DNA from: an uncultured virus (IMG/VR IMGVR_UViG_3300049732_000141)
Taxonomy: Duplodnaviria; Heunggongvirae; Uroviricota; Caudoviricetes
Strand: one strand, 5' to 3'
DNA: 64,000 nucleotides
IMG/VR virus record: IMGVR_UViG_3300049732_000141
A program made the position numbers and the translations under genes. The notes below the pieces were generated by a model, which made no database searches, was not told the DNA's origin, and saw only the letters and a program-made list of their open reading frames with translations. The first letter of the stretch is position 1; the number at the start of each line of letters is the position of its first letter. Positions 54,230 through 63,476 of this stretch are shown here, one piece after another.

Positions 54230-56361
54230 TGCTGATCCACCTCGTAGACACGGACGGTCTTGCCGTTGATCTTGCCCTTGGTGACGCGGGTCACCTTGAA
54301 TCGCTCGTTGTGACCCATCACGAATTCGTCCTCTCCACCCCGAGAGTGACCCCCGAGGTAAAGGCCCCGCTTGGCCCGGATCTTCAGGATCGAGCCCTCC
54401 TTGCCGAACTTGGCCGCGACGGCCGGACGCACCGAGGCCGACTGGAACCCGCGCATCGTCAAGGTATCGCCCGCCTTCGTGTTCAACTCGTGCGTGATCC
54501 CGCGATACACGGTCACCGGAGACTTGAGCTTTGGGGCCTCCGAGATGGCGTCGTCGAAGTCGCGCATGGTCTTGGCCATACGTTCTGAAGGACGACGGTC
54601 GTCGTCATCCTCGTCTGAATCATCGTCATCGTCATCGTCCATGTAGCCGGGGTTTTGACGGAGAGTCGCGTTCCACTGCGCCGCGCCATCCCCGGTGTAA
54701 TCACTGATGGCGTCCGAGAAGCCCTCGAACTGACGGTCGTCGCTGGATTCCAGCGTCTCCATGTAAGCCCGGTGCCTCTCGGCCATAGAGACGGCCGCGT
54801 CCGAATCGTCCTCGGGCAGTTCGCCAAGGTCGCCCTCATCATCCCCGCCGGAACCGGAGCCTCCCCCGGCTGACCATTGCCCATCCTCGTCGCGGGGCTG
54901 GTCCGGGTCGAAGGCAGCGTAACGCACCATCTCCACGTCGCCCTCGGTGTAGAGCACGTCCGAGGGCCACTCCTCGGCTCCACGCCGTGACTGAACCTCC
55001 TCCAAGCGGGCGACCTTAACCACGTTGCCGTGAACCTTGACGAAACCAATACCAGTCACCCGATACTTCCAGCCGTGGTTGAGGATGACCTCACGCTCCG
55101 TATCGGAGGCCGCCGAGCGGTCGCCAAGCACCAGCCCGCGACGGGTCCGAATCTGGAACATGCGAACCTTGGTGCTATCATTATGAAACCCCGCGAAGCC
55201 CAGTGCAGTCACGGGGTGGAAGGAGGAAGACGCGAACCCGCGCATCTCAACCTCATTCCCCACTTGAAAGTCTCGCCCTCCGGAGTTGCGGAACCCGCGA
55301 TACACGGTGATGTCCTGATCCAGTTCCGGTGCGTTCTCAATGTAGCGATGCAGAGCAGCGAGATCTTCGTTGCGCTCCCAGTTTCCATTCTCGCGGCGCA
55401 TCACAGAGTTCATGTGGGTAAAGCCCTCGCTGGTATATTCCTCCAGTGCGGCAGTCCCCATGATGTATTCGTCCTGATCCAAGGGCTCCTTGCCGCCGGT
55501 CCCCTCCTGCACGTATTCTAGCTGTTCCGCGACGGCCGTCCTCTCCATCTCTCGCGCCGCGTCATCGAAGTTCAGGTCAGGAGCCGTATTGGGGGCCTCT
55601 CCAAGAGATCCGCCATCCGTCCACTTACCCTGATCATCGCGGGGCTGATCCGGGTCGAAGGCTCCACGAATCTTCTTGGCCCTCTCCACGACGACCATCG
55701 CCGGGGCCTTCTTGAACCCGGCCAGCTTCAGCGCACGAGACCGATGGCCGCCCTCCAACACGTAGGAGCCCTCGGAGCGGTTGGCGACCACAATCAGGGG
55801 ATTCACCTCTCGGGAGGACTTCAAGACCTCAGCCAGCGCCTGAGTCTGCTTGTAGTCCCGGACGTTCACGTAGTCCGAGATATCCACCCCGAGCTTCTCG
55901 ACGTCCACCTCGCGGATGCCGGGCAGCACATCGTAGTCGCCCTCATCAAAGGTTGACCCAATGGAGGAGGTGTTCGGAATGTCTCGTCGCACCGACAGAT
56001 CGCCCACCCGGCCCGCGTAGATTTCGTCTGCGCCTCGGATGTTGCCGTGAACATCGGTCGGGAAGTTACTCTTGGTGACGTTTGCCTGCGGAAACTCAGA
56101 GGCGGCCCAAGCTGCGTCAGACGTCCACTTGCCAGAATCGTCCCGGGGTTGATCTGGATCGAACGCCGCGTCTCGGGGCTCTGTTATCACGATGGAATCG
56201 TCGTCTCCAACGAATCGGGACTCCAGAACCTCGGCCCGGCGGACGCGCTCCTGCACGACGCGCTCCTGCGCCTCGGCCTCACCCTTGGTCGGGTGGCAGC
56301 CGAGTTTGCGCTTGCCGTCCTTGGTGAACAAGCACCACTGGCTTCCGACTTGCTTGATCAC
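54226..56361 (-). CDS. multi-module protein: ParB/Srx-like domain plus two VIP2-type ADP-ribosyltransferase domains
   Basis: PLIV...VLEGGHR.RAL; YT...N..MR/VYRG/FASSS/EREVIL; YT...N.TLR/VYRG/FQSAS/EDEFV; GTGA start overlap. Confidence 0.85.
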   Translation of the reverse strand: MIKQVGSQWCLFTKDGKRKLGCHPTKGEAEAQERVVQERVRRAEVLESRFVGDDDSIVITEPRDAAFDPDQPRDDSGKWTSDAAWAASEFPQANVTKSNFPTDVHGNIRGADEIYAGRVGDLSVRRDIPNTSSIGSTFDEGDYDVLPGIREVDVEKLGVDISDYVNVRDYKQTQALAEVLKSSREVNPLIVVANRSEGSYVLEGGHRSRALKLAGFKKAPAMVVVERAKKIRGAFDPDQPRDDQGKWTDGGSLGEAPNTAPDLNFDDAAREMERTAVAEQLEYVQEGTGGKEPLDQDEYIMGTAALEEYTSEGFTHMNSVMRRENGNWERNEDLAALHRYIENAPELDQDITVYRGFRNSGGRDFQVGNEVEMRGFASSSFHPVTALGFAGFHNDSTKVRMFQIRTRRGLVLGDRSAASDTEREVILNHGWKYRVTGIGFVKVHGNVVKVARLEEVQSRRGAEEWPSDVLYTEGDVEMVRYAAFDPDQPRDEDGQWSAGGGSGSGGDDEGDLGELPEDDSDAAVSMAERHRAYMETLESSDDRQFEGFSDAISDYTGDGAAQWNATLRQNPGYMDDDDDDDSDEDDDDRRPSERMAKTMRDFDDAISEAPKLKSPVTVYRGITHELNTKAGDTLTMRGFQSASVRPAVAAKFGKEGSILKIRAKRGLYLGGHSRGGEDEFVMGHNERFKVTRVTKGKINGKTVRVYEVDQQ

Positions 56362-56807
56362 AGGTAGATCCTCCCCGAGTTTTCCTGCAGCAGATAGTCC
56401 CCGGACTCCAGCAGGAGGTAGTCCAGCCCCCTGATGTTCACACCCCGAGAAGGCTGGATATTCACGGTCACCCGCAGGAGCCCGTCTACCGGGGCCTGCG
56501 GCTGAAAGCCGCACACGAAGCCCTGCAGCCGCCACGGGGGCCCCTCGGGAACCGTCACCACGTAGGTGTCCTCCGAGGCGTTGGCCCACGCTTCGAGCAA
56601 GGCCGTGTGGACCGGGTCGCCGGGCACGAAGCCGATGTCGAACACCAGTTGCCCGTAGCGCCGGATGTCGGTCCAGTATTCGTCGTCCACGTCGGCGTGC
56701 CGAGTGCGCTCCATCACGGGGCGGTCCAAGGACGGCAGCGTGACGTTCCCCAGTTCGGGAATCGCCGTGCCGTTCATCGTGATCGTCGTGCCGTGGGCGG
56801 AGATCAT
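56358..56807 (-). CDS. tail-tube protein paralogue with C-terminal LLxExG repeat
   Basis: Aligns by eye to 51488-51904 (ISAxGT, IRRxG, LLEAW, APVDG). Confidence 0.75.
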   Translation of the reverse strand: MISAHGTTITMNGTAIPELGNVTLPSLDRPVMERTRHADVDDEYWTDIRRYGQLVFDIGFVPGDPVHTALLEAWANASEDTYVVTVPEGPPWRLQGFVCGFQPQAPVDGLLRVTVNIQPSRGVNIRGLDYLLLESGDYLLQENSGRIYL

Positions 56808-56808
56808 G

Positions 56809-57459
56809 TTAGCCGAGGTCTCCGGGGGCTCCAGTCACCTCGCACACCATATTGAAAATGACCGCGACAAGGTCCGTCGCCGTGCCCCACGCAGTGCCAT
56901 CGTTCTTCTTGAAGGCCAGCCTGTTGCCCGTCACGCGAGAGATGGCCTGTCCCACCTGTTGATTAGCGAAGCCATCCACTGACCAGACGTTGAACCCGAA
57001 AGAGTCATGTCCGTTGAACGTGATGTTCGGCATGCCGGTGATGCGAAGTTCCGTGCCCGCGCCGCTGATCGTCGTGGCGACAAAGGCTCCTTTGATCAGA
57101 ATGGCTGAGGCGCTCACGCGCAGCCACTTGAAGTAGCTCAGGTCGGCCAAGTCCACCGACCACGTTCCGCTGTTCGAAGTGAAGGTCAGAGAACTGTGAT
57201 CGATGTCTGTCCACGCCGAGTTCGGGAGTCGCGGGTCCTCCGTCGTCACAAAGGGATTCCCTGCGGTCGGCGGAGGACCGAGGGCGCTCCCGGTCAGCGC
57301 TCCCTTCTGATCATCAGTCGGACGGTTCGGGTCCGCCTCGTTCAGCGCTTCGACCGTGACCTTCTTCGTCGTGGACTCGCTGACATCCACAATCGGCAGC
57401 ACGTCATCGACAGCCACCGTGACGATCTCAGTGAGTTCGGAAATCCTCTGGTCAGCCAT
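56809..57459 (-). CDS. fibre/spike-like virion protein
   Basis: MADQRISEL N-terminus, NPFVT..DPRL. Confidence 0.65.
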   Translation of the reverse strand: MADQRISELTEIVTVAVDDVLPIVDVSESTTKKVTVEALNEADPNRPTDDQKGALTGSALGPPPTAGNPFVTTEDPRLPNSAWTDIDHSSLTFTSNSGTWSVDLADLSYFKWLRVSASAILIKGAFVATTISGAGTELRITGMPNITFNGHDSFGFNVWSVDGFANQQVGQAISRVTGNRLAFKKNDGTAWGTATDLVAVIFNMVCEVTGAPGDLG

Positions 57460-58344
57460 TTATGCTACCCTCGTCCCCAAGAGATACGAGCCCGGATGCA
57501 CCGTGCTCGGGTTGGCGTTCGCCGTGTTCTGCGCCCACCGAATACGCAGGTTCCCCGGGGTGCTCCCTACGATGACGTGGCCAAGGAGCATCGTGGACTG
57601 CCGCAGTCCGAGGCCCGCTCCGGGCGACACCTGCTCTTGCCCAAGGTCATGGGTGTCCGCGCCCTGAAAGCCGCCCCCGGCCGCCTGCTGCGGAGACATG
57701 TGCCAGACCCCCGTGGCCCCGGAAGGGCCCGAGAGTGAGAACTTCACGTCGGGCGTGCCCGCCGCATCGTAGACCAGCATGGACAGGATCACCCACCGGC
57801 TGTTCGCGGGCAGCGCCAACACCATCTCAGTGTCGTCCACAAGCACGACTGAGTTGACGACACTCTGAGCAGCCGTCTTGGGCGCGAACAAGCCCACGCC
57901 CGGCGCTCCCTGTGGGCCGGTGGGTCCGGGAGGCCCCGGGGGGCCTGCGGGACCAACGAATCCGCTCATAGCTACCAGCCTCGCATCGATGGCTTTCAGT
58001 ATATCCTCTTCTTCCTGATTATCTGCCTCAGAAAAAAGAGTCGTGATCGTGACCTGCCCTCCGACAGGACCCTGCGTGTATTGCGCTCGAAAGACTCGCG
58101 CCCGCGCAGCCAGTGAAAAGGAGTGCTCCTCTCCGACCAGCATGGTGTGACTCTGCGTCAGGTCATCCAGTGGCGGATGCTCTCCGTCATCCGTCCAGAT
58201 CAGCTTGACTCCGTCTACCGCCGAAGCCTGCTCCGCCCGCATCGTGACCAACACGGATCGGAAGCCATTGATCGTTTCCCACCGGCCATTCCACTGTTCC
58301 CCCGGGCCGAGGTATCCGTCGAAAGAGTTATGCTCTCCCATCAT
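57460..58344 (-). CDS. collagen-repeat fibre-like protein
   Basis: GPAGPPGPPGPTGPQGAPG; C-terminal WAQN beta domain. Confidence 0.7.
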   Translation of the reverse strand: MMGEHNSFDGYLGPGEQWNGRWETINGFRSVLVTMRAEQASAVDGVKLIWTDDGEHPPLDDLTQSHTMLVGEEHSFSLAARARVFRAQYTQGPVGGQVTITTLFSEADNQEEEDILKAIDARLVAMSGFVGPAGPPGPPGPTGPQGAPGVGLFAPKTAAQSVVNSVVLVDDTEMVLALPANSRWVILSMLVYDAAGTPDVKFSLSGPSGATGVWHMSPQQAAGGGFQGADTHDLGQEQVSPGAGLGLRQSTMLLGHVIVGSTPGNLRIRWAQNTANANPSTVHPGSYLLGTRVA

Positions 58345-59201
58345 GAACCCTCCCTAGCGATGCCCATCGTGCAGCGACACCGGGGGTGGGCGGGCGGAGC
58401 ATCAATACGCTCTCCATCCACGTTGAAGTCCCCATCGAGATCAGCCGTCTCCCCGTCCATCGGTTCGCAGATCGGGCACAGCCGGTCATCGGGGGTCACA
58501 ATCCACTCTTTCCTTTCATTGCCGGTCAGAAGCCCGGCCTCAACCGCCTGCTCCCACGCCTCAAGCTGTCCCTGATTGGCCGCACGCATCGTCTCGGTGC
58601 GGGCAATCGTCTCTGCCCGCTCCTCATCACCAATCAGGTTCTCGATCTCATCCGCGATGTCCCGGGGGTCGATCTGCTCCGAGAATGACCGCTCGATCAG
58701 GTCGTGGATCTTCTTCCGGGTCGTCTTGTTGACCTCATCCACCAACTCCGCCGCGTGCTTCTCGGCCCACTCCTGCGCCCGGGGGTTGGTGACGTCGAAC
58801 TTCCAACTCCGGATCTCCGGAGCCGCCGCTCGAAGGGCCTCCGCCCGGCGGGCCCGAGGGATCAACCTGCCTGCCCGGGTGCCCGTGCGTTCAACGACCG
58901 CCAGCAGCAGCTTCCGCACGGGCTTGGCCCACACGCGGGTGCCAGCCGCCACGGCCCGGTCCACCCGGCGCAGGACGGCCGCCTGATCCCGGTCCTCCAG
59001 CGCCTGCGCCAGCGCCCGCCCGCGCACGTCCTCGCGCATGCGCGTGAAGGCCCGCAGGGCCAGCCGCCGAAGCTCCGGCCGGGCCCTGTCCGCCGACCGC
59101 AGCACGTGGCTCCAGCGCCGCCGGGGCCGCGCCAACAGGCGGGGGTCCGCCTCGTCAGGCACCAGCAGGGACTCTTCTCGAAGGATCTGCTCCCTCAGCA
59201 C
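58341..59201 (-). CDS. MuF / SPP1 gp7-like minor head protein
   Basis: RA.TIARTET..A, KEW...DDRLC..C, PPAHPRCRC. Confidence 0.9.
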   Translation of the reverse strand: MLREQILREESLLVPDEADPRLLARPRRRWSHVLRSADRARPELRRLALRAFTRMREDVRGRALAQALEDRDQAAVLRRVDRAVAAGTRVWAKPVRKLLLAVVERTGTRAGRLIPRARRAEALRAAAPEIRSWKFDVTNPRAQEWAEKHAAELVDEVNKTTRKKIHDLIERSFSEQIDPRDIADEIENLIGDEERAETIARTETMRAANQGQLEAWEQAVEAGLLTGNERKEWIVTPDDRLCPICEPMDGETADLDGDFNVDGERIDAPPAHPRCRCTMGIAREGS

Positions 59202-60745
59202 TAGAGTTCCGTTTCTGTGATCGAGGAGATCAGCCCCCTGCTATCCCGCGTGATGTCCCGGCGCGTCTGGCGCTTCTGCGCGGCCCGCTTTTTGAACGGG
59301 AACGGAGGCTTCTTGCCGGGGGGCTTCGGCTTGCCCTCCTCGCCCTCTTCCTTCTCACCGGGCTTCGGCTTGGCCTCCGGATCAGCGTCCGGATCGGCCT
59401 CGGGGTCCGCCGCATCCGGGTTCTCCAGCGCGAACGCTTCCTGCTTCTTGGCGTCGATCTCGGCCCGCTGGTCATCGGTGAAGGGCTCCATGTCGAGCGC
59501 CCGCTCCCGGATCTCATCGGTCGTGACGACCGTGTCCCCCTGCGTCTGGTTGATCGCAGCGTAAGCCTTCGCCAGATCCGCCTTCTCCGCGTCCGACTTG
59601 GTGCGGATCTGCGACCATCGCACCTCGTAGTCCGGGGCCTCTGGCAGCACGCCGAGTTCGATCAGCCGGTCCACGAATGGCCGGATGATCATCGGCTCCG
59701 CATACTCCCCGCGCCGCGACTCGATGTCACGGTCGTAGCTGACGCGGTCCTGCTCGGCCGCCAGCTTGGCCTGCTCCGACCCCATGAGGATTCGCTGCGG
59801 GATGCCAACCGAAGCCGAGATCTGCTCGATGACGGCGCGGGCCGGGCTGTCGAAGTTGGCAACGTCGGAGCCGAGAGACTTGATCTCGACGCCTCGCGTC
59901 AGCAGGGTGCGCTCCATCTTGTGGATGTAGTTCTCGACCTCCTGCTCAAGCTCCTGCTCCTCCGACTCCTCCAACTCCATCGTCGGGTCGAGGTTGAACT
60001 GCATGCCCTGATCGGCACGCTTCCAGAAGGCCTCGGCTCCGCCGCCGGTGACCTTCTCCAGATCGTCAAACAGGTTCCACACGCGCAGCAGGCGCGGGGC
60101 CCCAAACAACGGGTCCTCCAGCGTGTTGTCCGCGACGTGAATGACCCGGGTGTAATGCACCCGCATGTTGATCGGGGCCACACCGGACGGGGTCTGCCGG
60201 GTGATGGTGTAGAAGATCGGCTTGCCGAACCGGGGGTCCTCGACGTCCGTCACGTAGGATTCGATCTTGGCCTCGTCCTCACCGAAGCAGGAGAGGTAGA
60301 CCAACTGATCCGCCGTGCAAGACTTGAGTTCCTCCTCGGGCTTGCCCGGGGCTCCGAGGAAGATGACTCCATAGCGGCCGATGCCGGACAGGACGTCGAT
60401 CTTCTTCAGCGTGGTCCAAATCTTGAGGCGCTTGTTCAGGTCCTCGAACGACTTCTCGAACTCCGTTTCCTTGTTGGGGTCCTCGTCCTCGATCAGTTCC
60501 GCGCCGCCACGCCACGTATCGCCGGGCTTGGACTCCACGACGCGGGCCGCCACGCCGTTCCGGTCGTAGCGTCCCCTGAAGTCCTTGACGTCGAGGATGC
60601 GCTTGTAGCCAAGCACCTCGTAGAGGTTGCGCTTGCCCTCGTAGGTGATCCCGGCCTTGGTGGACCACAGGCTTCGCCCGGCCAACGCCGAGGCGGCCTG
60701 CACCAGCGCCCTCAGCCGACCCCCCATCGGTTTCTTTCCTGCCAT
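59201..60745 (-). CDS. portal protein (DUF1073-like)
   Basis: Between TerL and MuF; PRFGKP.Y, VHYTRVIH, IP.RILMG. Confidence 0.85.
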   Translation of the reverse strand: MAGKKPMGGRLRALVQAASALAGRSLWSTKAGITYEGKRNLYEVLGYKRILDVKDFRGRYDRNGVAARVVESKPGDTWRGGAELIEDEDPNKETEFEKSFEDLNKRLKIWTTLKKIDVLSGIGRYGVIFLGAPGKPEEELKSCTADQLVYLSCFGEDEAKIESYVTDVEDPRFGKPIFYTITRQTPSGVAPINMRVHYTRVIHVADNTLEDPLFGAPRLLRVWNLFDDLEKVTGGGAEAFWKRADQGMQFNLDPTMELEESEEQELEQEVENYIHKMERTLLTRGVEIKSLGSDVANFDSPARAVIEQISASVGIPQRILMGSEQAKLAAEQDRVSYDRDIESRRGEYAEPMIIRPFVDRLIELGVLPEAPDYEVRWSQIRTKSDAEKADLAKAYAAINQTQGDTVVTTDEIRERALDMEPFTDDQRAEIDAKKQEAFALENPDAADPEADPDADPEAKPKPGEKEEGEEGKPKPPGKKPPFPFKKRAAQKRQTRRDITRDSRGLISSITETEL

Positions 60746-60753
60746 GATCCCTC

Positions 60754-61026
60754 TCAGTTGGTTTTCTGTGGCGGAAGCCGCGAGTATAGCTCTTCGAGGC
60801 CGGGCCGCCAGACTTCTATAGGATACCCCATTCTTTCGCAGGCTTGCATCGCCCTTAACGCGAGGGTCAAGGTAGCGGAGAACACCTCCCCGGCGGTCAC
60901 CCCGCCCGCCACGGTCTTCATCCCGTCGAGGGCCGCATCGGTCAACATGCGGACGACCTCGGGGTCCGGAGGTCGAGGGTTCACGCCGCTCGGGCGACCC
61001 GCTGCTTCTTTTTCGCGCTCCGCCAT
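60754..61026 (-). CDS. hypothetical protein
   Basis: GAGGGG RBS; fills TerL-portal gap. Confidence 0.6.
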   Translation of the reverse strand: MAEREKEAAGRPSGVNPRPPDPEVVRMLTDAALDGMKTVAGGVTAGEVFSATLTLALRAMQACERMGYPIEVWRPGLEELYSRLPPQKTN

Positions 61027-62945
61027 ACACCCCTCACCCTCTGCGCCGTCCCGGCGCTCACCATGACCCCGGCCACCGCGTTGGCGATATCGTCGTGCTC
61101 CCCCTGCCGGTGATCCACAGAGTCCCGGCCGGTGCGCCCGACCCGGCGTTCGAGGTTCACGAATTGATTGACGACCCGCCGGTGGTGTTCGGCGTCCAGC
61201 AGTTCACAGAGCTTGGCGTTCACCATCGGCACGAACTCCAGATACAGTTCGCTGCGGGTTTTCTCGGACAGTTCGTAGTTCACGCCGTGCTTGCGGAGGG
61301 CCTTGCGGGGCCACTCCCCGCCGTAGGCGTCCCCCACGACTTTGAACACCCGATAGTCCTGACAGATCTGCGCGACCTCACGACTGACGTCGTCGGGGTC
61401 GAACTTCGCCTTCCACTCGACCACCTTATCGAGCACCGGCAGCTTGATCTTGACCCCGGCCACGGTCCGCTCCTCGTCGTGCGCGATGGCCAGCACGTAG
61501 GAGTCCGAGGAGCCACCGGAGGGGTCCACGAAGGCCCGATACCGCTTGTTCCGGTCGTAGCCCATCTCGTAGCGCCCGGGAATGCTGACCGCCTCCAGCG
61601 CGTCCCGAGAGAAGATGGCCTCCAGATCGCTCCGGAACTCCCCGCCATATTCGGCCTTGGCGCTCTCAGGGTCTTCCTCGTAGAAGTCGCGGATCTCGTC
61701 CACCAACTCCTCGGAGCCGTCCGGGCGCATGCTCAGGGTGTCGGCCTGCCACGAGAGATGCTTGGCTTCCTCCCGGCCGTAGTTCTTCCGCCAGTGGTCA
61801 TACAGTTCCCCGCGCTTCGCGTAGGGAGAGGACAGCATGATCAGCATCGAGCCGGGCACGCCGAGGGTGGCCGGGCGCATCGCACGCATGACCTTCTTGT
61901 CCTGCTTGGCGCTCTCCGGGTCGGTCGGCCAGAACGCGATCTCGTCCATCAGCGCCGCGACCACGGTATATCCACGGGTTCCGGCCTCGCCCACGGCGCG
62001 GATCTCGATGGTGATGCCGTTCTTCAACTCGATGATGTTCTTGGTCGGCTCGTCCTCCATCGTCTCACGGAGGAAGTCCACGGTCTTGACCATCGCCCGC
62101 ACGTATTCGCGGATGACGCCCGCCTGCGCCTTGTCGCGGGCAAGGATCATGACCATGCCCTTGGTGCCAAGCTTGAGCTTGTAGGTGCGGCAGCAGGCGA
62201 GATACACGCCGATAAGCGCCGTGATGTAAGACTTGCCGCCGCGCCGTCCGACGATCAGGGAGATGACCTTCGACGCCCACGTCGGCCACTTCTTCCTGCC
62301 GGTGCAACGGGTGAAGATCTCCTCCGGGGTCGCGCCCGTGGGGATCTTGGCCGCTCCACGTGGCACGTCCTCCGGAGCCGCGTTCACGTAGCCCGGCATG
62401 GCCTCGCCGTTCGCGTGGTTCCTCAGCAAGTCCTCCGGCGGGAGCCCGAAGGCCGCAGCGAGGAACACGCGCCATGCCAGCCACGTCTGCGCCGGATGCA
62501 CCTTGGACTCCTCGGTTGCCGGGGGAGGTGCCGAGGGGTCTTCGTCCTCGTCCCGCTCAGGTGGGTCAAAGTGCTGCAGCATCTCGTCGAACAGCCGCAG
62601 GATCGTCCAGCCCCGCTTGTAGAGGGGCTTCTCCGGCTTCGGGGGCGCAGGCTTGGTCGGCTCGGGACCGGCGGGAGGCAGCGTGGGGAGCGTGAACCCC
62701 GCCTCGATGATCAGGGACTTGACGTCCCGAGGCTCCCGCATATTGAGTTCGTTCGCCATGAGCCGCACCGCATTGTGCAGGTGCTGCACAGTCGGCCAGA
62801 ACTCACGGACCTTCTCGACGCGGGCCTGCCGTTGGGCAAGCTGCTGTTGCCGCCGCTTCTCTCGCCCCTTACGGGCGAACTCCGTCATGTCCCGTTGGTT
62901 CCGGGCGACAAGTTCAGGATCGACTGGCTGTTGATCGTCGGACAT
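60981..62945 (-). CDS. terL: terminase large subunit with long N-terminal extension
   Basis: GRRGGKS Walker A, LMDE Walker B, LSSP, VDPSGG..D, HDD. Confidence 0.9.
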   Translation of the reverse strand: MSDDQQPVDPELVARNQRDMTEFARKGREKRRQQQLAQRQARVEKVREFWPTVQHLHNAVRLMANELNMREPRDVKSLIIEAGFTLPTLPPAGPEPTKPAPPKPEKPLYKRGWTILRLFDEMLQHFDPPERDEDEDPSAPPPATEESKVHPAQTWLAWRVFLAAAFGLPPEDLLRNHANGEAMPGYVNAAPEDVPRGAAKIPTGATPEEIFTRCTGRKKWPTWASKVISLIVGRRGGKSYITALIGVYLACCRTYKLKLGTKGMVMILARDKAQAGVIREYVRAMVKTVDFLRETMEDEPTKNIIELKNGITIEIRAVGEAGTRGYTVVAALMDEIAFWPTDPESAKQDKKVMRAMRPATLGVPGSMLIMLSSPYAKRGELYDHWRKNYGREEAKHLSWQADTLSMRPDGSEELVDEIRDFYEEDPESAKAEYGGEFRSDLEAIFSRDALEAVSIPGRYEMGYDRNKRYRAFVDPSGGSSDSYVLAIAHDEERTVAGVKIKLPVLDKVVEWKAKFDPDDVSREVAQICQDYRVFKVVGDAYGGEWPRKALRKHGVNYELSEKTRSELYLEFVPMVNAKLCELLDAEHHRRVVNQFVNLERRVGRTGRDSVDHRQGEHDDIANAVAGVMVSAGTAQRVRGVWRSAKKKQRVARAA

Positions 62946-62972
62946 TCGTAGGGAGATCTTACCTCGAACGGA

Positions 62973-63006
62973 GGCCCGGGAGGCCCACCTTTCGGCCTCC
63001 CGGGTC
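62973..63006. terminator. intergenic hairpin
   Basis: CCCGGGAGGCC...GGCCTCCCGGG stem, no U-tract. Confidence 0.45.
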
Positions 63007-63023
63007 GATCACCGTTCTGTCGC

Positions 63024-63362
63024 TTAGAAGGTCGGGTCCGTCTCCGGCGTGCCGACGAGGAACTGGATGTTCTGCGCCTCGCCCGGCGTGACCGTCACCG
63101 TCAGAGGCGGAACGCTGCTGATCAGACGCGTGCCGCTCGACATATCCGCGTCCCCGGTCACGGTGATGTCCGTCACGCCCGGAACCCGGGCGCGGAAGAT
63201 CGCCGTTCGGCCATCAGGAGCCACCTCCAGAATGCCGAGGGCCGGAACCTGCACCGTCCAGACGGGGACGCCGTCCAACTGCGCGGGCTGCGGATTGGTG
63301 CCTCCCGTAACCGGCTGCAGTTCGATGGGAATAAACTGACCTACCCGAAGTGATACTTCCAC
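63024..63362 (-). CDS. Ig-like domain protein
   Basis: GGAGG RBS before GTG; P.W.V....I..V..DG.....PG..ITV..D. Confidence 0.6.
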   Translation of the reverse strand: MEVSLRVGQFIPIELQPVTGGTNPQPAQLDGVPVWTVQVPALGILEVAPDGRTAIFRARVPGVTDITVTGDADMSSGTRLISSVPPLTVTVTPGEAQNIQFLVGTPETDPTF

Positions 63363-63476
63363 AGTGCGCCTCCCCCTGATGAGAAAGTGAATGTTCTTGG
63401 CGCGTCGTCGCCCTCGACGAAGCCACCTGAACAAGAGCAGAAGCAGTCTAACTCTGTTCACTCTCCCCGTCCAGCC

